Origin: Pyrococcus horikoshii OT3
GTDB lineage: Archaea > Methanobacteriota_B > Thermococci > Thermococcales > Thermococcaceae
Length of the DNA: 24,000 nt
Reading direction: 5' to 3'
Assembly (NCBI RefSeq): GCF_000011105.1
Contig: NC_000961.1
Location: 582,662-606,661 of the forward strand
Part shown: piece after piece, positions 1-9,409 of the stretch
Layout: each line of letters begins with the position of its first letter
Numbering within the stretch: the stretch's first letter is position 1
The notes under the pieces: model-generated
The model's database searches: none
Told to the model about the DNA's origin: nothing
The model's input: only the letters and a program-made list of their open reading frames with translations
Program-made: the position numbers and the translations under genes

Positions 1-1
1 G

Positions 2-2869
2 ATATTCCTTAGAGAAGTTCGGAAGATGGTCAAAGAAATGGCTCCGACGTTGTCTGAGGGGAGAGTTGAGCTGTTATCTGAGCTAATAGTTCAGAACATG
101 ATAGGTTATGGAAAGCTCGATCCCCTCGTAAGGGATGACAACTTAGAAGAGATAATGGTTATTGGAACTAATAGGCCAGTCTACGTATGGCATAGGCGCT
201 TTGGTATGTGTAAGACTAACATAACCTTTACCAGTGAGCGCGAGATCCTCACGATAATTGAGAGAATTGCTAGGGAAGTTGGAAGGAGAATAGATCAACA
301 AAATCCACTTCTTGATGCTAGACTTCCTGATGGAAGTAGAGTCAATGCCACGTTGCCACCGATAAGTCTGGATGGGCCTACAATAACGATAAGGAAGTTC
401 AAGAAAGATCCGCTAACGATAATAGACTTAATAAAGTTTAGGACTTTAAACTCCGAAGTTGCTGCATTTCTCTGGCTCCTCGTTGATGGCCTAGGAGTTA
501 AGCCCGCAAACATTCTAGTTGCCGGAGGTACAGGTTCCGGTAAGACGACGACATTGAACTCTTTAGCGATGTTCATTCCACCAAGTGAAAGGGTTATAAG
601 CATAGAGGATACCGCAGAGCTTCAGCTTCCAATAGAGCACTGGGTAAGACTTGAAACAAGGCCGCCAAACGTGGAAGGAAAGGGAGAAATAACCATGGAT
701 GACTTAGTTAAGAACACATTAAGAATGCGTCCGGATAGAATTATTGTAGGTGAAGTCCGTGGACCAGAGGCAAGGACAATGTTTACGGCCATGAATACCG
801 GACATGATGGGGCACTTTATGATTTCTCCATAATCCAGCTCTCCAACGGTAGATTTGTCCTCATAGGTGATTTGGTTGAGGAACTCTTCAAGAAGTATTC
901 TGACAAAATTGAGAGGTACAAGGATCTCGAGTACATAGAACTTAATGATGAGGATCGTTTCGAAGTCGTTAGCGTTGGCCCAGACTTAAAGGCAAATAAG
1001 CATATTGTTTCTAGAGTTTGGAGAAGAAGGGTCAGAGAAGGAGAAAAGCTAATACGCATAAAGACGAGAACAGGCAACGAAGTAATACTTACCAGAAGTC
1101 ATCCGCTTTTCGCGTTCTCTAATGGAGATGTCGTCAGAAAAGAAGCGGGGAACCTTAAGGTTGGAGATAGAGTTGCGGTAATGATGAATCCTCCTAAACC
1201 ACCTCAAACTAAAGCTGTTGTTGACCTTAGCATTTATGCAAAAATAAGTGATTATTACCTTGTCCCCAACGGAAAGGGAATGATAAAGGTCCCCAATAAA
1301 GGTCTTCCTCCAGAAAAGGCTCAATACTTGGTTTCAGTAAATTCACATCCCGTAAAATTGGTTAGAGAGGTTGATGAAAAGCTATCCTACCTAGCTGGAG
1401 TCATCCTTGGAGATGGTTATATATCCTCAAATGGATACTACATTTCAGCTACGTTTGATGACGAGGATTACATGGAAGCATTTGTATCTGTAATCTCAGA
1501 CTTTATCCCCAACTATATTCCAAATGTAAAAGAGAATGGAAAGTATATGGTTGTAACTGTTGGCTCGAAGATCTTTGCTGAAATGCTCTCAAGGATATTT
1601 GGAATACCTAAGGGTAGAAAACTTGAATGGGATGTTCCAGACATAGTGCTCTCAAATGACGATCTCATGAGGTACTTTATAGCTGGACTTTTCGATGCAG
1701 ATGGATATGTAGATGAAAATTCCATAATTTTGGTAACCAAGAGCGAAAATGTAGCAAGGAAAATATGGTATGCTCTCCAAAGACTGGGAATAATAAGTAC
1801 AGTTTCCCGTGTAAAGAATAAAGGCTTCAAAGAAGGCGAAATATTTAGGGTAATAATTAGTGGTGTTGATGACCTTGCTAAATTTGCAAGATCTATACCC
1901 CTACACCATTCAAGGAAGAGAGCAAAACTCATGGAGGTATTAAAAACCAAAAAGACCCATCGCGGAAGAAGAGCTTATCGCGTGCCAATCTCAGCTGAAA
2001 TGATAGCTCCTCTTCGTCAGATGTTAGGATTAACGGTTTCAGAGCTCTCAAAGTTGGCCTCTCATTATGCAGGAGAAAAAGTCTCTGAAAGCCTTATTAG
2101 GCATGTAGAAAAAGGAAGGGTCAAAGAGATAAGGCGCTCCACACTTAGGGGAATAGCCCTTGCCCTTCAGCAAGTGGCCAAGGATGTTGGTGATGAAGAA
2201 GCTTGGGTGAAAGCAAGAAGACTTCAACTGATAGCTGAGGGGGATGTTTATTGGGATGAAGTTGTAAGCGTTGAAGAAGTTGATCCAAAGGAACTTGGCA
2301 TTGAGTACGTCTATGATTTAACGGTTGAAGACGATCACAACTACGTTGCAAACGGTATCTTGGTTTCAAACTGTATGGGGACCATTCACTCAAACTCCGC
2401 AAGGGAAACAATAATCAGACTTGAGAGTCCTCCAATGAACGTTCCCAGGATAATGATTCCAGCATTGGATATTATAATTATGCAGGTAAGGTACCATACA
2501 AGAAAGAAGGGAACCATAAGGCGTATGACTGAGATAGCTGAGGTTTCCGGAATTGAAGGGGAGAGCATTCAACTTAACTTCCTTTACAAGTACGATCCAG
2601 CGAAGGATGAAATCGTTAGAACTGAAGTTCCGAGCAGGTTCCTCAATATTTTAAGCTATCATACTGGTATGGGAATGGATGAGCTCTATTATGAAATAGA
2701 AAAGAGAAAACTCGTCCTGGATTGGATGATAGAGAAGGGAATAAGAAGGATAGATGAAGTTGGAGCCCAGATTAGGGAATTCTATATTGACGAAGAGGAA
2801 TTCTTTAAAAAACTCGAAAGGGAAGCAACTACAATTGAAATGAGCAAGAGGGTTAAGGAGTTCATCTAA
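2..2869 (+). CDS. klbA: VirB11/TadA/FlaI-superfamily (KlbA-type) type IV pilus/secretion ATPase. It contains an in-frame intein and is probably truncated at the 5' end by the window edge.
   Basis: The reading frame is open from nt 2 with no stop, and the first in-window ATG (26) has no GGTGA-like RBS. The extein carries Walker [10 protein letters not shown], Walker B region [12 protein letters not shown], and a His box [14 protein letters not shown] that the intein splits. The N-terminal domain motif [16 protein letters not shown] is typical of this ATPase superfamily. Confidence 0.9.
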   Translation: MFLREVRKMVKEMAPTLSEGRVELLSELIVQNMIGYGKLDPLVRDDNLEEIMVIGTNRPVYVWHRRFGMCKTNITFTSEREILTIIERIAREVGRRIDQQNPLLDARLPDGSRVNATLPPISLDGPTITIRKFKKDPLTIIDLIKFRTLNSEVAAFLWLLVDGLGVKPANILVAGGTGSGKTTTLNSLAMFIPPSERVISIEDTAELQLPIEHWVRLETRPPNVEGKGEITMDDLVKNTLRMRPDRIIVGEVRGPEARTMFTAMNTGHDGALYDFSIIQLSNGRFVLIGDLVEELFKKYSDKIERYKDLEYIELNDEDRFEVVSVGPDLKANKHIVSRVWRRRVREGEKLIRIKTRTGNEVILTRSHPLFAFSNGDVVRKEAGNLKVGDRVAVMMNPPKPPQTKAVVDLSIYAKISDYYLVPNGKGMIKVPNKGLPPEKAQYLVSVNSHPVKLVREVDEKLSYLAGVILGDGYISSNGYYISATFDDEDYMEAFVSVISDFIPNYIPNVKENGKYMVVTVGSKIFAEMLSRIFGIPKGRKLEWDVPDIVLSNDDLMRYFIAGLFDADGYVDENSIILVTKSENVARKIWYALQRLGIISTVSRVKNKGFKEGEIFRVIISGVDDLAKFARSIPLHHSRKRAKLMEVLKTKKTHRGRRAYRVPISAEMIAPLRQMLGLTVSELSKLASHYAGEKVSESLIRHVEKGRVKEIRRSTLRGIALALQQVAKDVGDEEAWVKARRLQLIAEGDVYWDEVVSVEEVDPKELGIEYVYDLTVEDDHNYVANGILVSNCMGTIHSNSARETIIRLESPPMNVPRIMIPALDIIIMQVRYHTRKKGTIRRMTEIAEVSGIEGESIQLNFLYKYDPAKDEIVRTEVPSRFLNILSYHTGMGMDELYYEIEKRKLVLDWMIEKGIRRIDEVGAQIREFYIDEEEFFKKLEREATTIEMSKRVKEFI
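812..2371 (+). mobile_element. Intein of 520 aa (KlbA-type, N-terminal Ala, class 2) with an embedded LAGLIDADG homing endonuclease.
   Basis: Junctions read directly from codons: ...NTGHDG | [13 protein letters not shown] ... [12 protein letters not shown] | CMGTIHSNS. Block A starts with Ala, block B is LTRSHPLF (TxxH), the two LAGLIDADG motifs are [11 protein letters not shown] and [11 protein letters not shown], block F is [13 protein letters not shown], and block G ends in Asn followed by Cys+1. Removing the segment restores a contiguous ATPase His box. Confidence 0.9.
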
Positions 2870-2871
2870 AG

Positions 2872-3948
2872 GTGATAGAAGTGCCAGGAGTTGTTGAGGG
2901 ATTTCTCAGATTCCTAGAGAAGCTTGGAGGTAAGACTATTGAGATAGCAGAAGCACCAGTTAGGAGAATGCCTAGTCGTGAACTTACGGTTAGAGAAAGG
3001 CTTGAATTACTAAAGAGAATGAGAGAGGAAATTGAGAAAGAAAAAGAAAGTGAAGAAGAGAAATTCATAGAAGAAGCAATTGAATGGCGTGAAAAGACGA
3101 TTCAAAGGCCATTGTCAGATAGAATTGCAGAGAGCTTTCTTAAATATTTTAGAGGTCCGGTCGAATCTTTGAGTAAGTCAATTAAGGGTTTAGATGAAGA
3201 TCTATACAGGGCAAACATATTAATGCCGAAGGAAAAGTATGTAGCCTTAATGTTAGCAGTGGGAATAATTTCGGCAATTTTAACCTTTATTGTAGGTTTA
3301 ATAATAGCCCTTCCTATTGATATGAGCATGCTCCTAGGAGTTTTGGGATTCATATTTGGATTCATCTATATGAGGTTCTATCCAAAGAGCGTTTGGAAAA
3401 GGAGAGTCGAGGAAGTGGAAAAAGCCCTTCCTTATGTTCTCAGACATATGGCCTCCTTGCTCAATGCTGGCATAGGCCTAGCAGAGGCCATGGTATCGGT
3501 ATCAAAAGCTGATTATGGGGTTGTATCTGAGGAATTTGCAATGGTAGTCCAGGAGATGCATAAGGGTTCGAGTTTTGAAGATGCACTGACTAAGTTTGAG
3601 GAGAAGATGAAATCGGACATGGTGAGTAGGGTTGTTAAACAGATTTTAAGGGCTCTAAAGTTCGGTGGCAATCTAGCTGATATACTTTATAAGATGGCCG
3701 ACGAATTTTCGTTCGAGTATAGGATAAAGCTCATGGATTACGTTCAGAAGATAAATGGTATATCCTTCGTTTACATGTTCATGACCGTTGTAATGCCGAC
3801 CCTTCTAATAGTTGTAATTCTCGCTGGCTCGATTTTTATGAAGAGGCTTGTAATAAACTTAAGTGGTATGATAGTCATTTTCCTCCTTGGATTTCCCACC
3901 TTATCCTTTATAATAATCATGATGATTAAGAGAGCGGAGCCGAGGTGA
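2872..3948 (+). CDS. TadB/FlaJ-like membrane platform protein with a single T2SSF domain.
   Basis: It has a charged cytoplasmic N-terminus and then TM helices flanking a T2SSF-type domain (LPYVLRHMASLLNAGIGLAEAM...FGGNLADILYKMADEF). The start is GTG 2872, or more likely GTG 2881, which lies 5 nt after GGTGA (2871-2875). It follows the ATPase stop within 2 nt. Confidence 0.8.
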   Translation: MIEVPGVVEGFLRFLEKLGGKTIEIAEAPVRRMPSRELTVRERLELLKRMREEIEKEKESEEEKFIEEAIEWREKTIQRPLSDRIAESFLKYFRGPVESLSKSIKGLDEDLYRANILMPKEKYVALMLAVGIISAILTFIVGLIIALPIDMSMLLGVLGFIFGFIYMRFYPKSVWKRRVEEVEKALPYVLRHMASLLNAGIGLAEAMVSVSKADYGVVSEEFAMVVQEMHKGSSFEDALTKFEEKMKSDMVSRVVKQILRALKFGGNLADILYKMADEFSFEYRIKLMDYVQKINGISFVYMFMTVVMPTLLIVVILAGSIFMKRLVINLSGMIVIFLLGFPTLSFIIIMMIKRAEPR

Positions 3949-4871
3949 AGGAGTTGGCAAAGGAGGTTGTAGTAAGTTCAAGGCTAGCAAAAGTTATTGA
4001 GAGTGTAGTTCCAAAAAAGTACCTTAAAAGGTACGACTTGCTTTTATATTCCGCAGGTATAGATTTCAAGGCTTCCGAATATATTGTAATTTCCCTTATT
4101 TTCGGGGTAATTGGAGGAGTTTTAGCTTTCATCTTTACTGATTCTTTGAAGATCCTTACGATCAGCTTTTTGATAGTGTTTTTGACTTTTCTTTACCTCT
4201 ATCCAAACTTTAGGATAGTGAGAAGGATTGAAGAAATGGAGAGAGCATTACCAGATGCCTTTTTTTACTTGGCTGGATCACTTAGAGCGGGAGTCTCATT
4301 TTCAGAGGCCCTGGAAGAATTATCAACGGCTAAGTTTGGAGCGTTAACCAGGGAATTCATGAGAACAGTTGCCGAAATGAAAAGAGGAAGACCAACCGTT
4401 GATGCCCTTAGGGCTTTTGCCTTAAGGAACAAGAAGTCTCTCGTGATATACAGGTCAATGATGATAGTTATCGAGGCCTTGGAAAGGGGGGCCCCAATGG
4501 CGGATGTTTTAATAGCAGTTGGTAATGACGTTAGAGAGATACTTAGGATAAAGAAGGAGAGAAAGGCTTCGACAGGAATGCAGATGATGTTCTTTTTAAC
4601 CTCTGGCGGTTTCGTTGGTCCATTTATCGTGGCAATAGTCTCAAAGATCTCGGAATTTATAGCCTCAAGTGGTACTGGAATTCAGATACCTGTTTCAGAT
4701 TTAAGGGTTGTTCTGTGGCTCTTTTCAGTAATTCAAGGTTTTGTTACCGGCATCGGCATTGGAGTTATTAGGGAGGGTAAGTTTTCATCCGGAATGAGAT
4801 TTGGGATTATAGTTGCCCTAATGGCCGGGTTCGTCTTCTGGATAGGGCTTAGAGTCGGCATTGGGATGTAG
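3945..4871 (+). CDS. TadC/FlaJ-like membrane platform protein, a second single T2SSF domain.
   Basis: T2SSF-type domain (LPDAFFYLAGSLRAGVSFSEALEEL...RGAPMADVLIAVGNDVRE) flanked by TM helices. A GTGA start/stop overlap with the upstream gene implies translational coupling. Confidence 0.8.
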   Translation: MKELAKEVVVSSRLAKVIESVVPKKYLKRYDLLLYSAGIDFKASEYIVISLIFGVIGGVLAFIFTDSLKILTISFLIVFLTFLYLYPNFRIVRRIEEMERALPDAFFYLAGSLRAGVSFSEALEELSTAKFGALTREFMRTVAEMKRGRPTVDALRAFALRNKKSLVIYRSMMIVIEALERGAPMADVLIAVGNDVREILRIKKERKASTGMQMMFFLTSGGFVGPFIVAIVSKISEFIASSGTGIQIPVSDLRVVLWLFSVIQGFVTGIGIGVIREGKFSSGMRFGIIVALMAGFVFWIGLRVGIGM

Positions 4872-4892
4872 ATGTACTCATAAATGATCCAT

Positions 4893-4906
4893 AAAGCGTT
4901 TAAATA
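4893..4906 (+). promoter_or_regulatory. Candidate BRE/TATA box for tdh.
   Basis: AAAGCG followed by TTTAAATA (4899-4906), about 48 nt upstream of ATG 4954. GGAGGG (4940-4945) serves as the RBS. The spacing fits an archaeal TATA centred near -27 of a short leader. Confidence 0.45.
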
Positions 4907-4953
4907 CACATCTACATAGTTGATCATGTGTCAAATTTTGGAGGGATGTCTAT

Positions 4954-6000
4954 ATGTCAGAAAAGATGGTAGCTATCATGAAGACAAAGCCTGGGTATGG
5001 TGCTGAGCTTGTTGAGGTGGACGTTCCAAAGCCTGGACCTGGAGAAGTTCTCATTAAGGTTCTTGCAACCAGCATATGTGGAACTGATCTTCATATATAC
5101 GAGTGGAATGAGTGGGCACAGAGCAGGATTAAGCCACCTCAGATAATGGGGCATGAAGTTGCGGGAGAAGTCGTTGAAATCGGGCCAGGTGTGGAAGGAA
5201 TTGAAGTTGGTGACTACGTTTCCGTTGAAACGCACATAGTTTGTGGCAAGTGTTACGCCTGCAGAAGGGGCCAGTACCACGTCTGCCAGAATACCAAGAT
5301 ATTTGGCGTCGATACAGATGGCGTATTCGCAGAGTATGCCGTTGTTCCAGCCCAAAATATCTGGAAGAATCCTAAATCAATTCCACCAGAATATGCAACC
5401 CTCCAGGAGCCCTTGGGTAATGCTGTTGATACCGTTTTGGCAGGACCAATTTCTGGTAAGAGCGTTTTAATAACCGGAGCGGGGCCCCTTGGATTATTGG
5501 GAATTGCAGTGGCAAAAGCGTCTGGCGCATACCCTGTGATAGTCTCAGAACCTAGTGACTTCAGAAGGGAGTTGGCCAAGAAGGTAGGTGCTGATTACGT
5601 TATCAATCCATTCGAAGAGGATGTCGTTAAGGAGGTAATGGATATCACAGATGGAAATGGTGTTGACGTATTTCTGGAATTCAGTGGAGCTCCTAAGGCT
5701 CTAGAGCAGGGTCTTCAAGCAGTTACACCTGCTGGAAGGGTATCTCTCCTGGGTCTATACCCAGGAAAGGTTACCATTGACTTTAACAATCTAATAATCT
5801 TCAAGGCGCTAACAATCTATGGAATAACTGGAAGGCACCTCTGGGAAACTTGGTATACAGTTTCAAGGCTCCTTCAGAGCGGAAAGCTCAACTTAGATCC
5901 TATTATAACTCATAAATATAAGGGATTCGACAAGTACGAGGAAGCCTTTGAGCTAATGAGGGCCGGCAAAACGGGTAAAGTTGTTTTTATGCTTAAATGA
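4954..6000 (+). CDS. tdh: L-threonine 3-dehydrogenase, a zinc-dependent medium-chain dehydrogenase.
   Basis: 348 aa. It has the catalytic zinc motif [12 protein letters not shown], the structural zinc Cys cluster [15 protein letters not shown] and the Rossmann motif [11 protein letters not shown]. It matches my memory of the characterised Pyrococcus TDH. Confidence 0.95.
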   Translation: MSEKMVAIMKTKPGYGAELVEVDVPKPGPGEVLIKVLATSICGTDLHIYEWNEWAQSRIKPPQIMGHEVAGEVVEIGPGVEGIEVGDYVSVETHIVCGKCYACRRGQYHVCQNTKIFGVDTDGVFAEYAVVPAQNIWKNPKSIPPEYATLQEPLGNAVDTVLAGPISGKSVLITGAGPLGLLGIAVAKASGAYPVIVSEPSDFRRELAKKVGADYVINPFEEDVVKEVMDITDGNGVDVFLEFSGAPKALEQGLQAVTPAGRVSLLGLYPGKVTIDFNNLIIFKALTIYGITGRHLWETWYTVSRLLQSGKLNLDPIITHKYKGFDKYEEAFELMRAGKTGKVVFMLK

Positions 6001-6010
6001 TACCTTTACC

Positions 6011-6025
6011 TTTGTAAAATTTTTT
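6011..6025 (+). terminator. Oligo-T archaeal terminator candidate downstream of tdh.
   Basis: TTTGTAAAATTTTTT contains a T6 run (6020-6025), 20 nt after the tdh stop, in a convergent spacer. Confidence 0.4.
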
Positions 6026-6169
6026 GAACGTATTTCAATCCCATTTACCAAATCTTTATTTTCTCAATTGTCAAATTAATTTTGGGTGAGGAAAGTGGAT
6101 GTTGAGTTGATGTTAAACTTAGAAAACTTCGAGATAATGCTTACGCTCATAAGAAAATACTTAAAGAAA

Positions 6170-7840
6170 TTAGTGGCGATAAAGGGGTCTCAGGAAAATC
6201 TCGAAGGCAACAACAGGAACCTCTATGTTCCAGTTTTCTAGGACTTGTGGGTGCACTTCACCGATAATTCCAATATCCCTTCCATTGACTATAATTTTCC
6301 CCGCCCTTCCTGGGATAAAGCTTCCATGTTCAACTTCTTCTATCTCATATTCAAACCCTAAGTGCCTCATCAGTGCATCCAGAATTTCCTTTGCATTTGT
6401 AAACGTATAACCTGTACCCGCTAGGGCTACCGCAAGCTTAGGTTCGCTAACCGTTTTCGTTTCCCTCGATTCATCTATTAACGTGGCTAGACCTACTTCA
6501 AATATCCTCTGTGGATATTCCTCGTGGGTATTATTGCTTAAGAATTCCATAAGACTAGGTAAGATCCACTTCCTTAAAGCACTCCATCTCTGGCTAATTG
6601 GGTTAGCTATCTCAACGATCTCTTCCTCTGGAATGTTCATCTTCTTGAACTGGACTTCCTTATTGGTCAAGTTAAACGTCATTACCTCCTGCAATCCAAA
6701 GCCCACCATTAAGTCCCTTATTGCATCTTCAAAGTCTTTGAAGGGATCTCCCCTTCCCTGAACTGCTAGCTTCGGTTCCTCGGGCTCTATGTTATTATAT
6801 CCATAAGCTATTAGAACATCTTCCAATATATCCCTGGCATGCATTATATCATCCCTGAAGGCTGGATACTTAAGCTTGGCCCTTCCTCTCGATATCTCAA
6901 CCTCGTACATCATTTTCTCTAGCAACTCTTTTATCTCTCCATCATTTAGCTCAAGCCCTGAAAGCTTTCTTATGTAGTCCAGCTCGACTTCAAATTCTTT
7001 GGGAGTTAAATCTGGGGTTTCAATTTCGAAGTCCTTGTAGACAACCCTAACGCTCCTTATTTTACCTCCACGCTCTGCTAATGCAGTTACCATGACATTA
7101 AGGGCAAGCATTACCTTCTCAAGCTTCCATCCCGTGACATCTATGAAGACATTTTTCGTATCCGTTGTTACTCTTCCCGTAAACTCGGAGTTGATTATTG
7201 GCGGCATGGAGAGCACATTCCCCTCGCTGTCAATAAGTAGTGGATAAAATTGTTTATCCTTTATAAGGTGCCCATACTCCCTTCCCTTTTCATGCTTTTC
7301 AAGGATCTCCTCTAGAGTCATTTCCTCTTTATAGCCCAGGGGGGCAAACTTTTCAGTTTTTTCGGCGGCTTTATAGTAAATAGGTGGCTTAATCTTATCA
7401 AAATCGAAGATTCCTATGGCCACTTCTCTCCTTCTTCTTCCAAATGTAAGGGCTATCTTTTCTTGTAGCTGAATCATTTGACTTAAAGAATCTTCGTCGA
7501 GCCTTAAACCTTCAACTATTGCGTAAACTCCATAAGGCCTTATATCTTTAAGCTTTTCATCAACGTAAACCGTTACGTTACTCTTTTTAACCTCGTATTT
7601 AGGTAAGCCCTTTTCAATTCCGAGGGCCCACTTTATCTGCCTCGCAACTCCCTCAGCGCTCCATAGATCAGGCCTATTTGTATCCTTTGAATCGAGCTTG
7701 AAATATACCTTTCCATTTTCCTCCCAAACATCGTCAAGCTCACACTTGGCATAAAGTACTAAATCTTCCCACTCTTCTATGCTGAAGCTTCTTCCAATGA
7801 GTCTTTCTAAATCAGACTTTGAAACGTCGAACTTTGGCAT
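6170..7840 (-). CDS. pheT: Phenylalanine--tRNA ligase beta subunit.
   Basis: 556 aa archaeal-type beta subunit (B3/4 and B5 domain organisation, N-terminal MPKFDVSKSDLERLIG...). It lies 11 nt downstream of pheS with a GGTGAGGTGAT RBS. Confidence 0.95.
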   Translation of the reverse strand: MPKFDVSKSDLERLIGRSFSIEEWEDLVLYAKCELDDVWEENGKVYFKLDSKDTNRPDLWSAEGVARQIKWALGIEKGLPKYEVKKSNVTVYVDEKLKDIRPYGVYAIVEGLRLDEDSLSQMIQLQEKIALTFGRRRREVAIGIFDFDKIKPPIYYKAAEKTEKFAPLGYKEEMTLEEILEKHEKGREYGHLIKDKQFYPLLIDSEGNVLSMPPIINSEFTGRVTTDTKNVFIDVTGWKLEKVMLALNVMVTALAERGGKIRSVRVVYKDFEIETPDLTPKEFEVELDYIRKLSGLELNDGEIKELLEKMMYEVEISRGRAKLKYPAFRDDIMHARDILEDVLIAYGYNNIEPEEPKLAVQGRGDPFKDFEDAIRDLMVGFGLQEVMTFNLTNKEVQFKKMNIPEEEIVEIANPISQRWSALRKWILPSLMEFLSNNTHEEYPQRIFEVGLATLIDESRETKTVSEPKLAVALAGTGYTFTNAKEILDALMRHLGFEYEIEEVEHGSFIPGRAGKIIVNGRDIGIIGEVHPQVLENWNIEVPVVAFEIFLRPLYRH

Positions 7841-7851
7841 TCCTTATCACC

Positions 7852-9351
7852 TCACCATATTAACTTGGACTCCCTAAGCCATTTCAAGTCGTAGCTGAAA
7901 AGGTACCTTATATCGTCAACTCCGAGCTTGAACATTGCTAACCTATCTATTCCTATACCCCAAGCAATTACAGGTACTTTAATTCCAAGAGCTTCTGTCA
8001 TTTCCTCCCTAAAAATCCCGGCCCCTCCGAATTCTACCCACCCAAGCTCTGGATGATAAGCGCTTAGCTGAACGCTTGGTTCGGTAAATGGATAATAATC
8101 TGGGAAGAACTTTACCTTTTTTGCACCGGCTATTTCAATTGCAAATCTCTTTAAAATTCCAAGTAAATGCCTAAAAGTCAAATCTTCGCTTGCGACAAAT
8201 CCATCTATTTGGTTAAACTCTATTAAGTGGGTTCTATCTAAAACATCCGGTCTAAATACTCTTTGAATCGTGAAGTATTTTCCTGGGATTTCTATTCCCT
8301 TAGCTAGTTCCCTTGCACTCAATGCTGTTGCATGGGCCCTTGGCATAAGTAACATTGCCCTTTCTGGGGACCAGACATAGCCCCAACCTCTTGAACCTGC
8401 TAATCCCCTTTCGTGGGCTTCTTTAACTTTGGATACTAAATTCTCATCAGGTAGGTACCCTTTCTCTGGATATTTTAGCTGATATGTATCAGTCCATTCC
8501 CTAGCTGGGTGATTTTGAGGTTGAAATAAAGCATCAAAGTTCCAAAATTGAGTTTCAATGAGGCTATCGACAGTCATTTCAATGAATCCCATTTCTATTA
8601 GCCTTCTTCTTATTTTATCCAAGAAGACTCTATAAGGCTGCTTTTTCCCAGGATAAATCTTTTTTACTGGGGCTTTTATATTGAATGGCTTGAATTCAAC
8701 TTCTCTCCATTTTCCTGTTACAATCAGTTCTGGAGTTAAAATGCTAACCTCTCTTTTAAGTTCGATTCCTTTCTCCACTAGCTCTAGCCCTTTGTCAGTT
8801 ATTTCAACGTTTCTGATTACTTTCTCTTCCTCTTCAGCTATCTTTCTCCTCTTTAACTCTTTAACTGAAATTATCTTTTCAATTTCTTCAACTGAAACTT
8901 CTCCTTTGGATAAAACCTCTAAAGCTATATCAATAGCTCTTTTTTCAGCTTTTTTGCCTTTTTCAGATAATTTGAGGGTAAGACCTTCTTTAGTTTTACT
9001 AACTTCAGCCCATCCCTCTTTTCTTAGTACTCCAACTATGGCCTTTAGCTCCTCATCACTTAAGACATCCTTTAGATCATTTAATGTTACCTTTCCCTTT
9101 TCCTTAAGGATCTTTAATGCCCTTATTTCTGGAAGTCCGATTTCTATATATCTCTTCCCCGTTTCAGTTAATTTTATCATCCTTCTCCTTTCTTCATGTA
9201 CCTTTGCTAGCCCTTGAGATTGCAATGTTAAAAGAGCCCTCATCACTGCTACTTGATCTAAATTTGTCTTTTCTATGAGTTCTTCTACTGTAGCATTTTT
9301 TAGCTCGGCTAACTTTAGGAGCACGAGCTTTTCATTATACCCCAACCTCAT
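7852..9351 (-). CDS. pheS: Phenylalanine--tRNA ligase alpha subunit.
   Basis: 499 aa. It has an N-terminal array of winged-helix-like repeats and a C-terminal class II core with FRPD..., GAGIFREEM and GIGIDRLAM motifs. Confidence 0.95.
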   Translation of the reverse strand: MRLGYNEKLVLLKLAELKNATVEELIEKTNLDQVAVMRALLTLQSQGLAKVHEERRRMIKLTETGKRYIEIGLPEIRALKILKEKGKVTLNDLKDVLSDEELKAIVGVLRKEGWAEVSKTKEGLTLKLSEKGKKAEKRAIDIALEVLSKGEVSVEEIEKIISVKELKRRKIAEEEEKVIRNVEITDKGLELVEKGIELKREVSILTPELIVTGKWREVEFKPFNIKAPVKKIYPGKKQPYRVFLDKIRRRLIEMGFIEMTVDSLIETQFWNFDALFQPQNHPAREWTDTYQLKYPEKGYLPDENLVSKVKEAHERGLAGSRGWGYVWSPERAMLLMPRAHATALSARELAKGIEIPGKYFTIQRVFRPDVLDRTHLIEFNQIDGFVASEDLTFRHLLGILKRFAIEIAGAKKVKFFPDYYPFTEPSVQLSAYHPELGWVEFGGAGIFREEMTEALGIKVPVIAWGIGIDRLAMFKLGVDDIRYLFSYDLKWLRESKLIW

Positions 9352-9378
9352 GTTCGCACCCTGTGAGGTAAGGTTATA

Positions 9379-9389
9379 CCTTTAAAAAT
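9379..9389. promoter_or_regulatory. Near-palindromic TATA element (CTTTAAAAATT) that could serve pheS on the minus strand and the sRNA on the plus strand.
   Basis: Its centre is about 27 nt from the expected pheS transcript start (ATG at 9351) and about 27 nt from nt 9410-9412, where the GC-rich RNA begins. A purine-rich BRE-like AAAAAGA is present on the pheS side. Confidence 0.4.
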
Positions 9390-9409
9390 TCTTTTTGGTA
9401 CATTAATAT

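Noticed and set aside
1513-1950. A 145-aa minus-strand ORF inside the intein endonuclease region, considered as a possible free-standing homing endonuclease or antisense gene.
   Set aside because: It has no LAGLIDADG, HNH or GIY motifs and shows antisense-type composition. The plus-strand frame carries both LAGLIDADG motifs and reads continuously through the extein.
6095-6241. A 48-codon plus-strand ORF (GTG start 5 nt after GGTGA) in the 169-bp tdh/pheT convergent spacer.
   Set aside because: It is below any reliable size threshold and has no recognisable family. Its second half is antisense to the pheT 3' end. The RBS-like GGTGAGG could be chance in a purine-rich stretch. It is worth checking only if ribosome profiling data exist.
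8681-9217. A 178-aa plus-strand ORF antisense to pheS. It stands for the similar antisense ORFs at 295-603, 817-1324, 6225-6761, 10362-10727, 12147-12422, 12895-13227, 13565-14256, 15061-15261, 17510-18121, 19531-19758, 20179-20430, 21237-21524 and 23232-23531, and for the overlapping alternative-frame ORFs inside tdh at 4957-5579 (both strands).
   Set aside because: Their Ser/Leu/Phe/Pro-rich low-complexity composition is the mirror image of Lys/Glu-rich coding on the other strand. Each lies wholly inside a gene with strong family-level support, and none has an RBS or a recognisable motif.
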